Source of the DNA: Epiperipatus broadwayi
Lineage: Eukaryota; Animalia; Onychophora
Direction: 5' to 3'
Assembly (NCBI GenBank): GCA_028023455.1
Contig: JAQFVV010000005.1
Location: 6,324,001-6,388,000 of the forward strand
Length of the DNA: 64,000 bases
Under the pieces are notes generated by a model. The model saw nothing but the letters and a program-made list of their open reading frames with translations, did not search any database and was not told where the DNA came from. Positions 39,961 through 52,946 of this stretch are shown here, piece after piece. Made by a program: the position numbers and the translations under genes. Position 1 is the stretch's first letter, and each line of letters opens with the position of its first letter.

Positions 39961-41263
39961 TTAATGAAAAAATTTGCATTGAATAGTAAATTAATATAGC
40001 ATAATAGATAATTATTAATTTTTTAATTTGTACCCTTTTATGTTCTTATCAATATTTTTTCTAGCAGCAATAATTATTTTAGAAAAATAACCATTTGAAA
40101 AGAAGGAATTTCATTTCAGCTTCTACAAGGCAGCCTAAATGAACTTTAACCACTCAATTTACAGTTATTTCAGTTCTTAAAATCATGTAATATTTTGGCA
40201 TAAAGAAGAGGAAAAACATAAAATAAAATCTCATTATTAAATAAAAAATAAGGGATAACTTTTTGCATTTGAGTAACAGTCCATGGCCTTTTGAGTTCGA
40301 GAGTATGCCATTGTATCATTGAAGATTATCTAACGCTACATCCACTCTAGCATTACTATTTGAATTTTATTGTGTTAATAATTGTCAAATGAACATTGAG
40401 AAATATGCTGGAAAAATAAACTAAATTAAATAAAAGTATGTTGTTTTGAAATTAATAAAAAACAATTTGTATATGTATCCAGTGCTGATCCTAGAAATTT
40501 TACCATCATGTGTAACAGCATATTTTGCATTTCTTTTATATAAAAAAAATAAAATCTTTAATATGGTGTCTTAAATCCATTTTTTATAGAAAGGCAGATC
40601 TAATAAACATAATGAAAATAAAGTTTAAAAACTACATTTAATTTTGTTATATATACATAAATAGCTTTCAGTTTAAATCATATTTATAATAAAATAAAAT
40701 TATTTTCTATCATAATTGTTATTAATATTATAATATTATTAAAAATTAATGAATGCTTTAAAGTGGTGTAGATTCAGATGCACAGTATATAGATGTAATG
40801 GCCATGGTATGGCATTTATAGTGAATTTAAGGTTGTGTTATTGATGGTTTTTATGCAAAAGTGAAATATATATGACCTCATCTTAATTGAGAACATATAT
40901 GTAATATAATCATATGAAGAATAGAGTACTTTGTAATCTTCAGAGATGATATAGTATTATATTGTAAAGTTCTATGAATTTTAATATTCAAAGCTGCCAG
41001 ATATCAACTGCACTATATGCTAACATAAAAAAGGGTCAATTACCATTCAAATGTGTATGAATTCTGTTATATTTGATCTATATTGTACTGTAAATAAACT
41101 TTGTTTTGTTTATTGCTACATTTGTTTGCTGTTATCTACTCTGCCAATTGATATTTCCAAAGAATGTCTACCCTCCATGATCTAGAGGTAATTTTAAATG
41201 TCTATTTAATGATGGTACAACCATGTAAACATTTGTTTTAGTATCCTTACCAGTAAATTATCT

Positions 41264-41303
41264 TATGTGATGTGATGCACTGTGACTTCTCCTTACATGG
41301 AGT
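41264..41303 (-). mobile_element. 40-bp isolated 3' tip of the 4217-7680 LINE family
   Basis: tatgtgatgtgatgcactgtgacttctccttacatggagt is identical to 4217-4256. Confidence 0.9.
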
Positions 41304-42202
41304 ATTCTAGATTATGTCTAGTGGTGCCCTCTGGTTTTGGATATTAATGACAACCTGTCCATTACAATATATATATATCATTCTTATAGATGCATTTGTG
41401 TTGCGTCTGTATTAAAACATTCATTAAAATTTATTATATTTATCATTTTTCATTCACCAAATTTTCAATGATGCACTGTGTAGATGAATGTTGGAATATT
41501 ATTTTCTACATATATATATAAATAATTAATTAAACATGACCCATATATAATATTACTAATATTAATTTTATTAATGCCCGATAAATTTTTTTTATATAGT
41601 GAGCATGAGTAAAATTAACATTTATTAATATACATATATAGATTATATGAATAACCTATAAAAAAAGAAGGCATCATTAATCTTGCATTATTACTTTTAT
41701 TAAAAATTATTATATTTATATACTTATGCAATACAACATTTTATGTGAAAATATATGAAAATAATTTTTCAGTATATAAATTATTTTAATTTTGGGAGGT
41801 ATTTTTATTTTTATATAACAATGTTTGTAATACATCTAAGTTAATATACTTATATTAATTTATGTATTAAACAATGATTTTATATTCTATATAATTATTT
41901 TATTTTTAAATAATATATATATACAACATATAAATATAATTACCCTTTCAAAAATAAAAAGGCATATAATTAAAATCAAATAATATATAGTTCATTAAGT
42001 TACTATTAAGCATACAATTAAAAACAAATAATATCCTAAAATATTATTATGTTCAAAGAAGCCAAATATAGATGACAATACATATAAATTATCTGGGATA
42101 TAAATATATTATTAAACAATTGAATATATACATAGTTATATACATTAATTTAAAAAAACACACTATAAATACATAATATATTTACAAGATTTTCTAAATA
42201 TA

Positions 42203-42395
42203 AAAAATGCGATATTAGGGACCTCTACAGGTCTTAATCACAAGTTTACGATTTGGAAGAAAAGAGCATAAGCTTGTGGTTAAGTCCTGTAGAGATCCTT
42301 AATATCGCATTTTTACACGCATATTCTTGAGGTTACAGCCTTAGTAAATATTACTTACATAATCAATGTGCGTTTAAATAAATTTATAATTACAA
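42203..42395. repeat. Family D copy with an inverted duplication of its left end
   Basis: Arms 42203-42250 and 42266-42314 are inverted. 42266-42395 matches 17588-17718. Confidence 0.85.
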
Positions 42396-44111
42396 ATATA
42401 AAAAATACATATTTTACAAAATATATACTGTAAAGATAGAAAAAATAAACAACCTCAAAACTATTAAACATGTATATACATATATAAAATAAAGTAAAAA
42501 AAAAAACAATTTGAAAATCATTTAACATTAGAACTTTTTTAAAGTGATATGTTTGTTGAAAAAAAAAACAGTTAAATAGTCAACTAAACAAGATGGTAGT
42601 ATTCAAATGAAAACATAATAGTGGATGGATCATTTTGAAAAATAATCCCCCCCCCCCTATTTTTTTTTGGATTAACAAAAAAAAAAGATGAAATTACATA
42701 GCTAGTAGTAATAATAATAACAAACAATAATTAATAAAAATAAGTTATAAAGATAAGCAAAAGTGAGCCCATAAGAAAATCTTGAAATGGCCATAATTGA
42801 TTATTAAGAGACCACACACTGCAGCATGAATTTTTGTCAACTTTATAGAAATTGAGAGTTTGAAAAGTTATTTTTGTGAGTTATAATTTTTTGATGCAAT
42901 TAAAAGATTATTTTAATAATCTATCAGCATCTTACACTAGAAAAATGTGATCTCTATAAAATGTGATCTCTATAAAAATTGACAAGTTTTTGTAATATTA
43001 TCTTCTGAAAGAATTTGATTTTATGACTGAGTCTTGTGATGTAATATTTCATCTATTAGCCTACTATAATTATGATTTCAGTTTTGAATCCCAATTAACT
43101 GTGAATTTTTCAAGCAAGCTCAGACTTTTTCAGACCAACAGCCTATAGAAAACCCCAACAATCACATAATACTGACTGGTAATGAATATCAAGCTATACT
43201 TATCTGAAGGGAAAAAGAAATCTGGATAATCTGGATCTGTAATATAATGCAATTTTTGACAGTGAGAGGAATGACTTTAAGGTGAAGTAGTTAGTGCATT
43301 TACATTACATGATTATTAGTCAAAGTTTTGATCTGATTAAACTTTGGTAGCTTTTACAATTCTAAGCAAGTTTAGCATTTTTTACAGATAATCCATTATC
43401 CATTCAATTTTCAATAGATATGCAATTATTCTTATATATCACTAGACTAATAAATAGATATTTTCATTGTTTATCATTGGAGGATTGTTGAAAAGATATA
43501 ACCCTTGCAATAATTATTTTAATTTTTATCATTGATAAAAAGATTGTCATGTGCTTAATAATTTTTAAGCATGTGTTTTATTTTGATATTGTAGTTGAAT
43601 GTTAAAAAACATATTATTTAGTGCTTTCTTTTTATAATCAATTCCCAAAATGTGAAAATAAAAAATAATACAATAAAATAGTAAATTATTACTAAGAAAT
43701 CAAGAATTCTCTTTTTTAAAAACTAAGATAATGCTACTGAGTTTTATGTTCAAGAAAATATCAAATAAATAAACAATTAAAGGCTTGTAAATGCATTAAC
43801 ACAAACACAAAAGAATTCAAATTTTAGATGAGAGATAAAGCTTTATTAAAATAAAAAAAATAAACTTATCTAAATTATAGGCAATATGCATAATATTGCA
43901 TAAATAGAAAAAAAATCCCTTATTCAGAGTATTTAAGAAATCTGTAAATGGTATATGTATTCAGAGTATTGTAAACAAAATTAAATAAGGTACATCAAAA
44001 ATTTATTAAAATGATTAATAATTAGTTTTTAAAAAAAAACTGTAAATTATGGGCATTCTATTATCTTTAAAGTAGAGATTTATACTATTTAATTAAAACA
44101 AATTGAATAAT

Positions 44112-44186
44112 TCACTTTTTCCAGGGCTATGACTTAAAAGCACTCTAAATTAGAGTGTTTTTCAGTCATAGTCTGGGGAAGAGTGA
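44112..44186 (+). other. 75-nt near-perfect hairpin (pre-miRNA-like or palindromic MITE)
   Basis: 37-nt arms. 35 of 37 positions pair as plus-strand RNA, including 5 G-U pairs. Confidence 0.7.
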
Positions 44187-44364
44187 TTTACTCCCTTTGT
44201 TTACATTGACCTATTTTTAATTTAAAACTTAATCAATTTATTTCTTAACATTTTAGTTTATAGCTAGTTCATAAGAAATAAATGAAATTAATCAGAGGAG
44301 TTAATTTTCTAAGACTTGATTCTTAAGAAATGCAAAAATAAATTAAAATCAATTACTATACAGA

Positions 44365-44486
44365 TTAAAACAGGCAAAACTCTCTATAGGTATTGCCACT
44401 CAATGTAAGCCAGAGTAATCAATGGACGCCAAAAGGCTTGTGCATAAAATCCCCATCTAATGCCTATGGTGATCATGTGATGTTTA
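44365..44486. mobile_element. Family A truncated copy with an inverted junction
   Basis: 44365-44465 matches 53784-53885. It is followed by the oppositely oriented terminus atggtgatcatgtgatgttta. Confidence 0.85.
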
Positions 44487-45145
44487 CTATAAAGATGTTA
44501 ACTAATTTCTTAATATTATTTTTTTTAGACAATATTAAAATTAATCCAAAAATTTCCAATCTATGCTTACTATAAATGATAAATATAGGATGAGACAAAT
44601 AAAAAAAGTATTTTTAGCTTTCTTTGTTCAATTTTAAAATATAAATAAGAATTTAGTAAAAGGTCCCTCAACTTAATTACAAGAAAATACTGAATCTTAT
44701 TTTATCAGCAGCAAAAAATAGGCTTAAAACAGAATGAGAAATATAGTGTGTGCATTCTTTACACTAGTTAGGGATGGTTTAAAAAATAACTTGATTGCAA
44801 AATGAATGAAGATGCCCTTCAATGGAAAACAAATTGAGGTAAATTACTTGGTCTAATAAATACAAAATTTTAAAAAACTTTAGTTCACAAAGTATATGAG
44901 CAATTATTATTGAATAATAAAATGAAGTTAAATATTTTTGATAAAAAGACTTGTCAGAGTAATCCAATAAATTAATAATCATCTAGCAGCAAATTTTTGA
45001 ATTTAACAAAAAAATCAAACATAAAATATAAATTCTGTGAAAAAAATTAAAAAAAAGGATAAAATAAAAATTAAATGTCAAAATGATTTCTGGAGATACT
45101 ATGCTAATAATATTTTCAATATCAATCCATAATTAAATAAAACTA

Positions 45146-45242
45146 TTTTTTTTTTCTTATGTCAAATGTGTTAACAGAGAAGTGAACCTGGGCCAGCTGC
45201 TTGGAAGCAGCTATGCTAACCGCTAGGCCACCAAAGCTTGAT
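45146..45242 (-). mobile_element. tRNA-Gly-derived SINE copy
   Basis: Reverse complement: tcaagctttggtggcctagcggttagcatagctgcttccaagcagctggcccaggttcacttctc..tttgacataag-A(n). Confidence 0.8.
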
Positions 45243-45892
45243 GAGTTAATAATTTCTTACAATTTCAAGTTAAACTATTAGCATGAAAAGAAATTGAACT
45301 TTTAATGAAAGATCAAATGAATCATTTTTATTATAAATAATCATTAAAAGACAAAAATATTTTAATTAATTAAATTATTTTTATGATAATAAAACTTCCA
45401 AAATGCAAAGCTTTCTGATTAGCTAACTGTAACAATTTTCATGAATAAGATGATCATTCATTAATGAAAAAGCGAATTTATGTTAATCAAAATTTTTCAT
45501 TCAGACAATAACTCAATCTGGTGAAATTTTGAAATAAACTTTAACAAAAACCATAGTTTTCCAGATTTATACTAAAAACAATATTATATATATCAAGATG
45601 ATTTAGTTAAAAATCTATAGAATTCATTGATAAAAGAATTTAGAACATTAATATTTTTTCATTATTATTATTAAAAAAAAGACATTACTTGATTACGTAA
45701 ATATTACAATAGTCCTTTTTATCTGCAATTCAAAATAAATGAATAAAAAATATACATTTTAATTTCTTAATTCTTGGTGCATAAACAATACATACAAGCA
45801 CCTATATATATATGCAATATATTTTTATATTTAAGTATGTATATATGAAAACAAAAAAATATATATAAACAAACTAAATGAAATATAATATA

Positions 45893-46006
45893 CAGGGTGA
45901 ACCAAAAGTAGGTGGACAATAAATATTAACATTTATTTTGAGATTACATATACACCATAGTTATAATGAACACAAATATTATTGCATCTACTTTTGGTTA
46001 CTTGTG
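45893..46006. mobile_element. Tc1/mariner-type MITE, 114 bp, TA flanks
   Basis: TA-cagggtgaaccaaaagtaggtg ... catctacttttggttacttgtg-TA. Confidence 0.7.
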
Positions 46007-49000
46007 TATATAACTTTCAACCACAATATTAGCTTTCATCAGATAATATATCTAAATGATATTCAAAAATTAAAGATAATTTCCATATCTGATAAAGCAA
46101 TTCCTAGATATTAATCTTTTTTTATAGAAAGTTTACTCAATAGAATGCTAATCTATTGTAATTAATACCTTATGTCCCTCCCCCTTCAAAAAAAATTCTT
46201 ACCAAAATTTTTTAAATAATTAAAAAAAAAAGTATATGTGTATTTCTTTTTGTTTTCTCTCTTGTAGATGAAAAATCCTGTAATGTGACTATTCTTAATT
46301 CATCAATTGAGTGATCTGGAAAATTGGTATCAAGATATTGACCTGTCATTTTTATGCAAAATGATTATTTATTCACTTACATAATAGTTCAAGTATTTGC
46401 TACATTCTATAAGAGATATAAAGTTTATACTTTTACAATTGTCATAGTTGGGGATATATTATTTAAAATTGTTAGTATATTATCTTGGACCATTTTTATA
46501 ACAATATATTTGCATATAAAACATCTTTTATTTTTACATGAAAAAATACAACTTTAGATGCATTGGGAAAAATAATTTTAAATAATCTGTGGAATTTATT
46601 TTTGCAGTAATTGGAAATATCTCTATTAAACAAAAGAACTAGTGATAGAATTTCTAATTAGCTGGGGTTTTTTGAAGATTAAATTTCTTCTCTCAATTTT
46701 TGAATACTTTATTACTAGCTTATCCACAAATGTTTTAGAATATTTATCAGGTAAAACATTATTTTCTTGAAATTTTTTATCACTGCAAATCCTACTAATT
46801 CTTAAAGATTGACTATAGAAGATTATAGCTTCTAAAATGCTTGAGGTTGTGTTTTTTTTTTTTTTATAAACATTGGTTCTAAAAAATTTATTATGTAAAT
46901 AATTTCAATATCAAGAAAATGGACTATTACTTTAGAAAACTTCATCATAAATTGTATATTTTTATTAAAATTTATAATTTAAGGAAGTATGAAGTTTCTT
47001 TTCATTTTATGCCACATAAAAATGTCATCTATATATTTAAACTAGATGTGAGGTTTACGCCCAGTAGTTCTAAATATAGAAGATTCCAATTGGGTCACAG
47101 AAATATTGGTATAATTTGGTGCTATTTTTGTGCTCATTGCATTACCTTGTTTTTTAAATATGTAGACTTGAAAGTGAGTTATTTCTTAAGATTAAATATA
47201 TTAATTTAATAATACATACAATATAGCATTGATCATATTATCTATCTTATAAAGCAAATTTAAGTCTCAATTCCATTATTATGAGGTATATTAGTGATGA
47301 AATGTCTCAAGTTATTAGAAAACATTCAGTTGGAAATTGGGGTTTGTTGAATTATTGAAATTGAAAGAAAATGTGCAGTGTAAAAACTTAATGACAGTCG
47401 AATAGTGTATAAGGTTATCAGCAAATGCTGAAATGTCTATAGGACAATTAATTCTTGCTACAATAGATCTGCCAGTACAGCTTGGTTTATGGACTTTGGA
47501 TAGGATGTAAAATGTACTGGAGGTAATTTCTCACTGTTAATAAAAAGCCTCTTCATATCTTTCAGAATGAAACATATTTTGCTATAATTTATTTTAAGTA
47601 GCTTATATATTCATAAAACTTGTCATTTAGGTTATTTATGTAAATATTTTTATTCATAATTACTGTTGGCCTTCCTTTATCATTTGGTTTTACAATAATA
47701 TTCTTTTTTACAACAAATATATAATGCATAATTTTAATTTAATGTTGATTTTATGTTATGTCATTTAAGTGTAATTTCTTTTATAACACCCAATGCATGT
47801 ATCCAGTAAAATGTATCTTTGATATATAATCAGATCAGAATTTAATTCTTGATAGACTATTGGACAAAAAAAAAACTTTTTATTTAACAATGAATACTCT
47901 GCATCAAGAAATATTGTTAGATAAATTAATACCATAATATTGGTGTCTTTTAAACTACATTAAGATATAATAATCTAATGTATATTTGTGTTGTGTTTGG
48001 AAAAGTGGATGAAATCTGGATAAGTCAATATTATTAGGTAGATTTAATAACCCTGCAATATTATTTGATATATCTGAAGACAACCAAATCCCAAATTATT
48101 ATCATGTGTATCATTGTAAATATGTGTACTTTTGATATATTAACATTTTCAAAAGATTTATGAATTTTGGAGTGATTAATAACTTGATTAGAAAGTCACT
48201 AATATATTAAAAAATCTTTCTATATATTTAAACTAATGATTTACTTTACTATGAAATTTTCATATCCTTTTCTTTGAATCAACACTTTCCTGTAATGAAG
48301 GTATTAAATAATCACTATACTACTACACATCCCTGTAATAGTTTTGTGTGCAGTAATTTGTATTAAATTATTAAATCTATAATTTATTATTCAAGTAAGT
48401 CCTACTGAAAAAAAAATCTTTAAGAATATATATATTGGTGAGATGGATATATCTTCTGTATAATGTTATGTTTAATTTTTATTTTTAAGCCCTTAGAAAT
48501 AATGTTATTGCCAATAAAGAAAGCAAAATTATTAATGTGGTGTCTATATTTTATGAATTTATTTAGTTTTCCAAATTTAAAAAATGAAGTCATATTTTTA
48601 TCATTTATTTTGCAGACTTACAGATGATCACATAAGGATTGCTCCTGCATTTATATATATTAGGAGGGTACAGCTGTCCAAACTCCCACTCCAAGACTCA
48701 CTCACACTCTTTCAGCAGTTATAGAAAAATATTTAATTATAACAGTTCTTTCCATATAATATATACTATGTTTTTGAAATTTCAATGACCCTAAATATGT
48801 ATATGTAATAATTTAGCTCCCTGCTTCCCATTTAATGCACTGTATAAAATTAGTCTTTACAATTTTTTGCAAAACTTGTATTTCTAAGCAGAGTCATCAC
48901 ATAGTTAAAAAATGCCTTTGTGCAAGTTAAATTCTACAAGCTCTAATCTCATGAAAAAATAATTGTAAATTAAAACAAAATAAATTCTATAAAATTCTGT

Positions 49001-49352
49001 TTAATAAAAAATACAGGCACAGTAAAATAAATAAAAATTATATTTACACTTTCACCTTTTTATTTACATATTAATACTTTGGGTTTGCCAGCTTAGTCTA
49101 CAAAGTCTAAACAATCTTGCAATTCCATCCACCATCACAAATTAGAGTCTGTTTTCTTTATTCCTTACCTAACAGCTTATCTCCATTATTTTTTCTGGTA
49201 TACAATAGTTACAATTGATGCAACTTACATTTATTAGGTCAATTTTAACTGACATATGAATTATTTTGTTAAAAAGTTGTTTATTTTAAAATTCATTCAG
49301 AATCGCTCGTGCAGTAACTTGTTTATATTTTCTATTATCAATTTTGTTCAAT

Positions 49353-52300
49353 GAGAGCCAGTCTGAGGGAGTGACATTGATAAGATGGTTCTAGGCCCCA
49401 CACCGGCATAATATAAAAAAGGCAATCAATTTATTACTTGCTAAATAAAGTATGTCTCTTCCCCCCCCCCCCAAACTCTGTAATTTGTAGATCTTACACT
49501 ATCACATACTAAGTAATATATAGATTATAGATGCATTGATAATCTGATGGCACTTATCTTTCTGCTACATACAATACTTACATTTAAATGTTTCATAAAG
49601 TTCTGATCATGTTAATGTTAAATGCAATATTGTATAATAGAAATTAAAGTATTCATAAATTTAAAAGAAAAAAAGTAAGAAATTAATGTTATATTATTGA
49701 ATTTATAATAATTTAATCAATATTGTCTTTATAAATTATATTTAAGTTTTCAAATTTTGATGTTAAAAGAAACCCCCCCCCCCATTTTCACAAGAAAAAC
49801 TTGAAAATACCTATTGTATTCATTTATTTCTTTAACAAAATGCACCAAGAGATTAAAACATATATACTCAAATAAAACAAATTAATGTTTAAAAAAATAA
49901 TTTTTGAAACAATAATTAAATATTAATTTAATAACAAGAATATTTACTTAATAAGGTAAGGAGAAATTTATTGTATTTGAAATTTTTCCTAATTTCTTCA
50001 TTTTGTAAGATTTTTATTTTTTAGACAATCCTTCAAAATGGTTAGTAGAGATAGGGACATAGGAAGGAAGTATCTAGGCTATGAAAAATTTAAAAGAAAG
50101 AAGAAGTCATAGTAAAGCAACACATTACTAATGTAAAATTTAAAAAACTGATACTGTTAATGTAACAAACTGGATAATGACAGTATTTACAATTATTAAG
50201 AGATAAAACAGAAACTGATGAAATGGATGAAACAATAGTCAAAATCATCAAAAGAATAGTTCTCATTTAAATAAAAAGAAAGAAGTTGCTAAGAATAAGT
50301 TAACTGAAAGAAAAGGAATTTGAATTGCAGCTGTTTGAAAATAATAAACAGGCAGAGGGAAATATACAGTTCAACATTAATAAACTTTTTCACCATCAAG
50401 CTAATTTCCCTTCTAATGAAGAGCGAGTAGTTGTCAAGCTATCTGAAAAACTGCAGCTTCTAAAAGAAATTTTTGTTCAGAAAACAATACAAATAAAAAT
50501 TTTGATATCAATGATTCTGGCACACGATTTGAAATTATTACTAGAAGTTTAAAATGACTTCCATACAAAATGGTATGAACAAATAAAAAGTTACAACTTT
50601 CCAAAAGATATAAGTAATAGGAGTTTCGCTGAAAATTATTATGTAAGGAAATTAACAAATGGAGAATACCAAGAATGAAAATGGTTATTTATTCAAAGAT
50701 CAAAGATGCAGCAAGTATTATGCATGTAAATTGTTTTCTTCAGACACTATTTCTTCGTGTTTAAATGTGTGCTTAGTATGCACACATTTAAGTTCTCAAT
50801 TATAGTCACAAAAGATCAATTCATCATTTACAAGCAATGTATAAATTACTATAGCTTGAAAAAAATCTAAAGTTGAAAAAAAAACTATTGACAAGCAATA
50901 TGAAAAAATAATCAGAAATGAAACACAATGTTTAAAGTGTGCACATAATTTGGCTTTCAGAGGGAGTAATGGTGCTTTGTATAAATCACATAATGGTAAT
51001 TTATAGGTTTGATAGAATTGCAAATTTTGATCCAATGATGAAATAATGTTTGGAATGTTGCAAAGGTACAGCATCATCTTTGTATTTATATAATAAAATT
51101 CAAGATGAATTTGTTTCTACTTTGACTAAAAAAGTGGGAAACAAAATAATAAAATTAATGCAAAAAGCTAAATACAGTATTTCACAATTTTACTAGATTG
51201 TACTCCAAATATAAACCATCAAGAGCAATTATCTATTATTTTAAGATATATTGATATAGATGAATAGGAAAAATACACTATTCAAGAATGATTTATATGT
51301 TTTGAAACAATGAAAGATTCTATGAGAAAGGGGATATCTGCCAAAACAGAATATATATTAGAAACAGAGATTAGATTTAAGGAAATTGTCAAGAATAAGG
51401 ATATGAGAATGGGCCTAATATGAAGTTTATAAAGGTGCCAAACACATATTCTTCAAAAGAATTCTAAAGCACATAGTGTTGTATATGGAAACCATCATTT
51501 GGATTTAATTCTTGGAGACATTTCAAAATCATTTGCACTTGTAATCTCATTTTTTGGAACTTTACAAACTTTATACAATATTTTTCAAGTTCTGGGGGAT
51601 ATACTGAAACAACATGTAAAGCACCTTAATTCAAAATTTCTGTTGGAAACTAGGTGGAAATGTCATCTTGAAACTATGAAATCTGTAAGATACCAAGTAC
51701 CACAATTTTCTTTTGCTTTAAAACAATTTCATGAACATATCAGTGATATAAAAGTGAAATCTGAAATTTAAGTCATTTGAAAATAAACATTTATTTGAAT
51801 TTTATTGATTTTAATCATTTGGTATGATTTATTAAATAAATAAAATATAGTGAGCAAGATTTTCAAAGTTCTAATATCGATATTGGTATTGCAAATTTAC
51901 ATTTAAAAAGCCTATTAAATTTTTTGATGACTACTAAGAATCAGGATTTAAATTTTCTTTAATTAGGGCAAAATAATTTTTTTTGCAAAATTGAAAGTGT
52001 TATTTGAATTTAAGTCAACAAACCTGCATAAATAACAAAGCAATATTTTTTATAAAGTAAATGATCATTTTATTTCATCTGATGATTATTTTTGAATGCA
52101 ATAAGTTTTTAATTATACTTGTTAATGTAGAGGTATTAGCTTTGTCTAAACTGTAATGTAACAACAATAAATATACTCAGCACATATTTAGCAAAACTTT
52201 AATGAATAGTTTGGCTTTGTTTGCTTAGCATATTCATTCTCCATTACAACTATTACTATGTTTATGACTCATAACAATTGAAAGCTAATTAAGCAAATGA

Positions 52301-52946
52301 AGCCAAAGTACTCACTAATGCTTTCCTACATATATGTTGCATATATTTATTGTTGTTATAATTGATAATGCATTATCTCGTTTATGAAAATATTCAAAAT
52401 TTACCATGAATATAAAACTGTTTGGCTTTTTGTATAATTCTGATAACATTCCAAATTTGACTGAAGATAATAATTATCCGTGTCCTTAGAAAACGACATT
52501 GATTACATTGAATTTATTTAATAAAATTAAATTTGTCACTGTCATCCAAGAATACAATTTTGCAAATTGTGCAATTTTTATATAAAAATAACATCTGAAT
52601 TGTATCCAAATTTTATTAGTGTTCTCAAAATTGTATTAATAATACCAATAACTGTAGCATTAACAGAAAAACTTTTTTCAAGAATTAAGATCTAGAATAA
52701 TTCTCTTTATTAGCAATTTTAACTATTGAATCAGAATTTGAAAAAAAAATTAAATTACAATTTCTCAAATACTGATTCAAAAAAATTGCACAAATTTTTA
52801 TTTATAATTTACAATAAACAAATTAATTACATAATCTGAAAATGATATATATATTTTAATATCTAAGAATTTTTTTAATCATATGTATAAGAGGCTCCTG
52901 CATAAAAACATTACACCAGGCTTTACATTTTCTCAGGCCAGCTCTT
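49353..52946 (+). mobile_element. Near full-length decayed hAT transposon; TTF-type zinc-finger transposase pseudogene at ~50040-52720
   Basis: RKLTNGEYQE*KWLF, AHNLAFRGSN, LDCTPNINHQEQLSIILRY, ETRWKCH and the dimerisation-like LYPNF..IPITVALTEKLFSRIKI. TIRs agagccagtctgag / ctcaggccagctct. 8-bp flanks tgttcaat / ccttcaat. Confidence 0.88.

Noticed and set aside
42942-42977. 17-bp tandem duplication; also (CT)n/(CA)n near 60160-60185
   Set aside because: Ordinary slippage repeats, not a CRISPR-like or structured array.
48605-48725. Plus-strand acceptor followed by a short open frame (LTDDHIRIAPAF...)
   Set aside because: No recognisable domain, and no partner exons identified.
50214-50245. 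ctgatga..gaaac..gtc hammerhead-like string
   Set aside because: Stem II is a single pair and stem I cannot form. It lies in hAT coding sequence (ETDEMDETIV).
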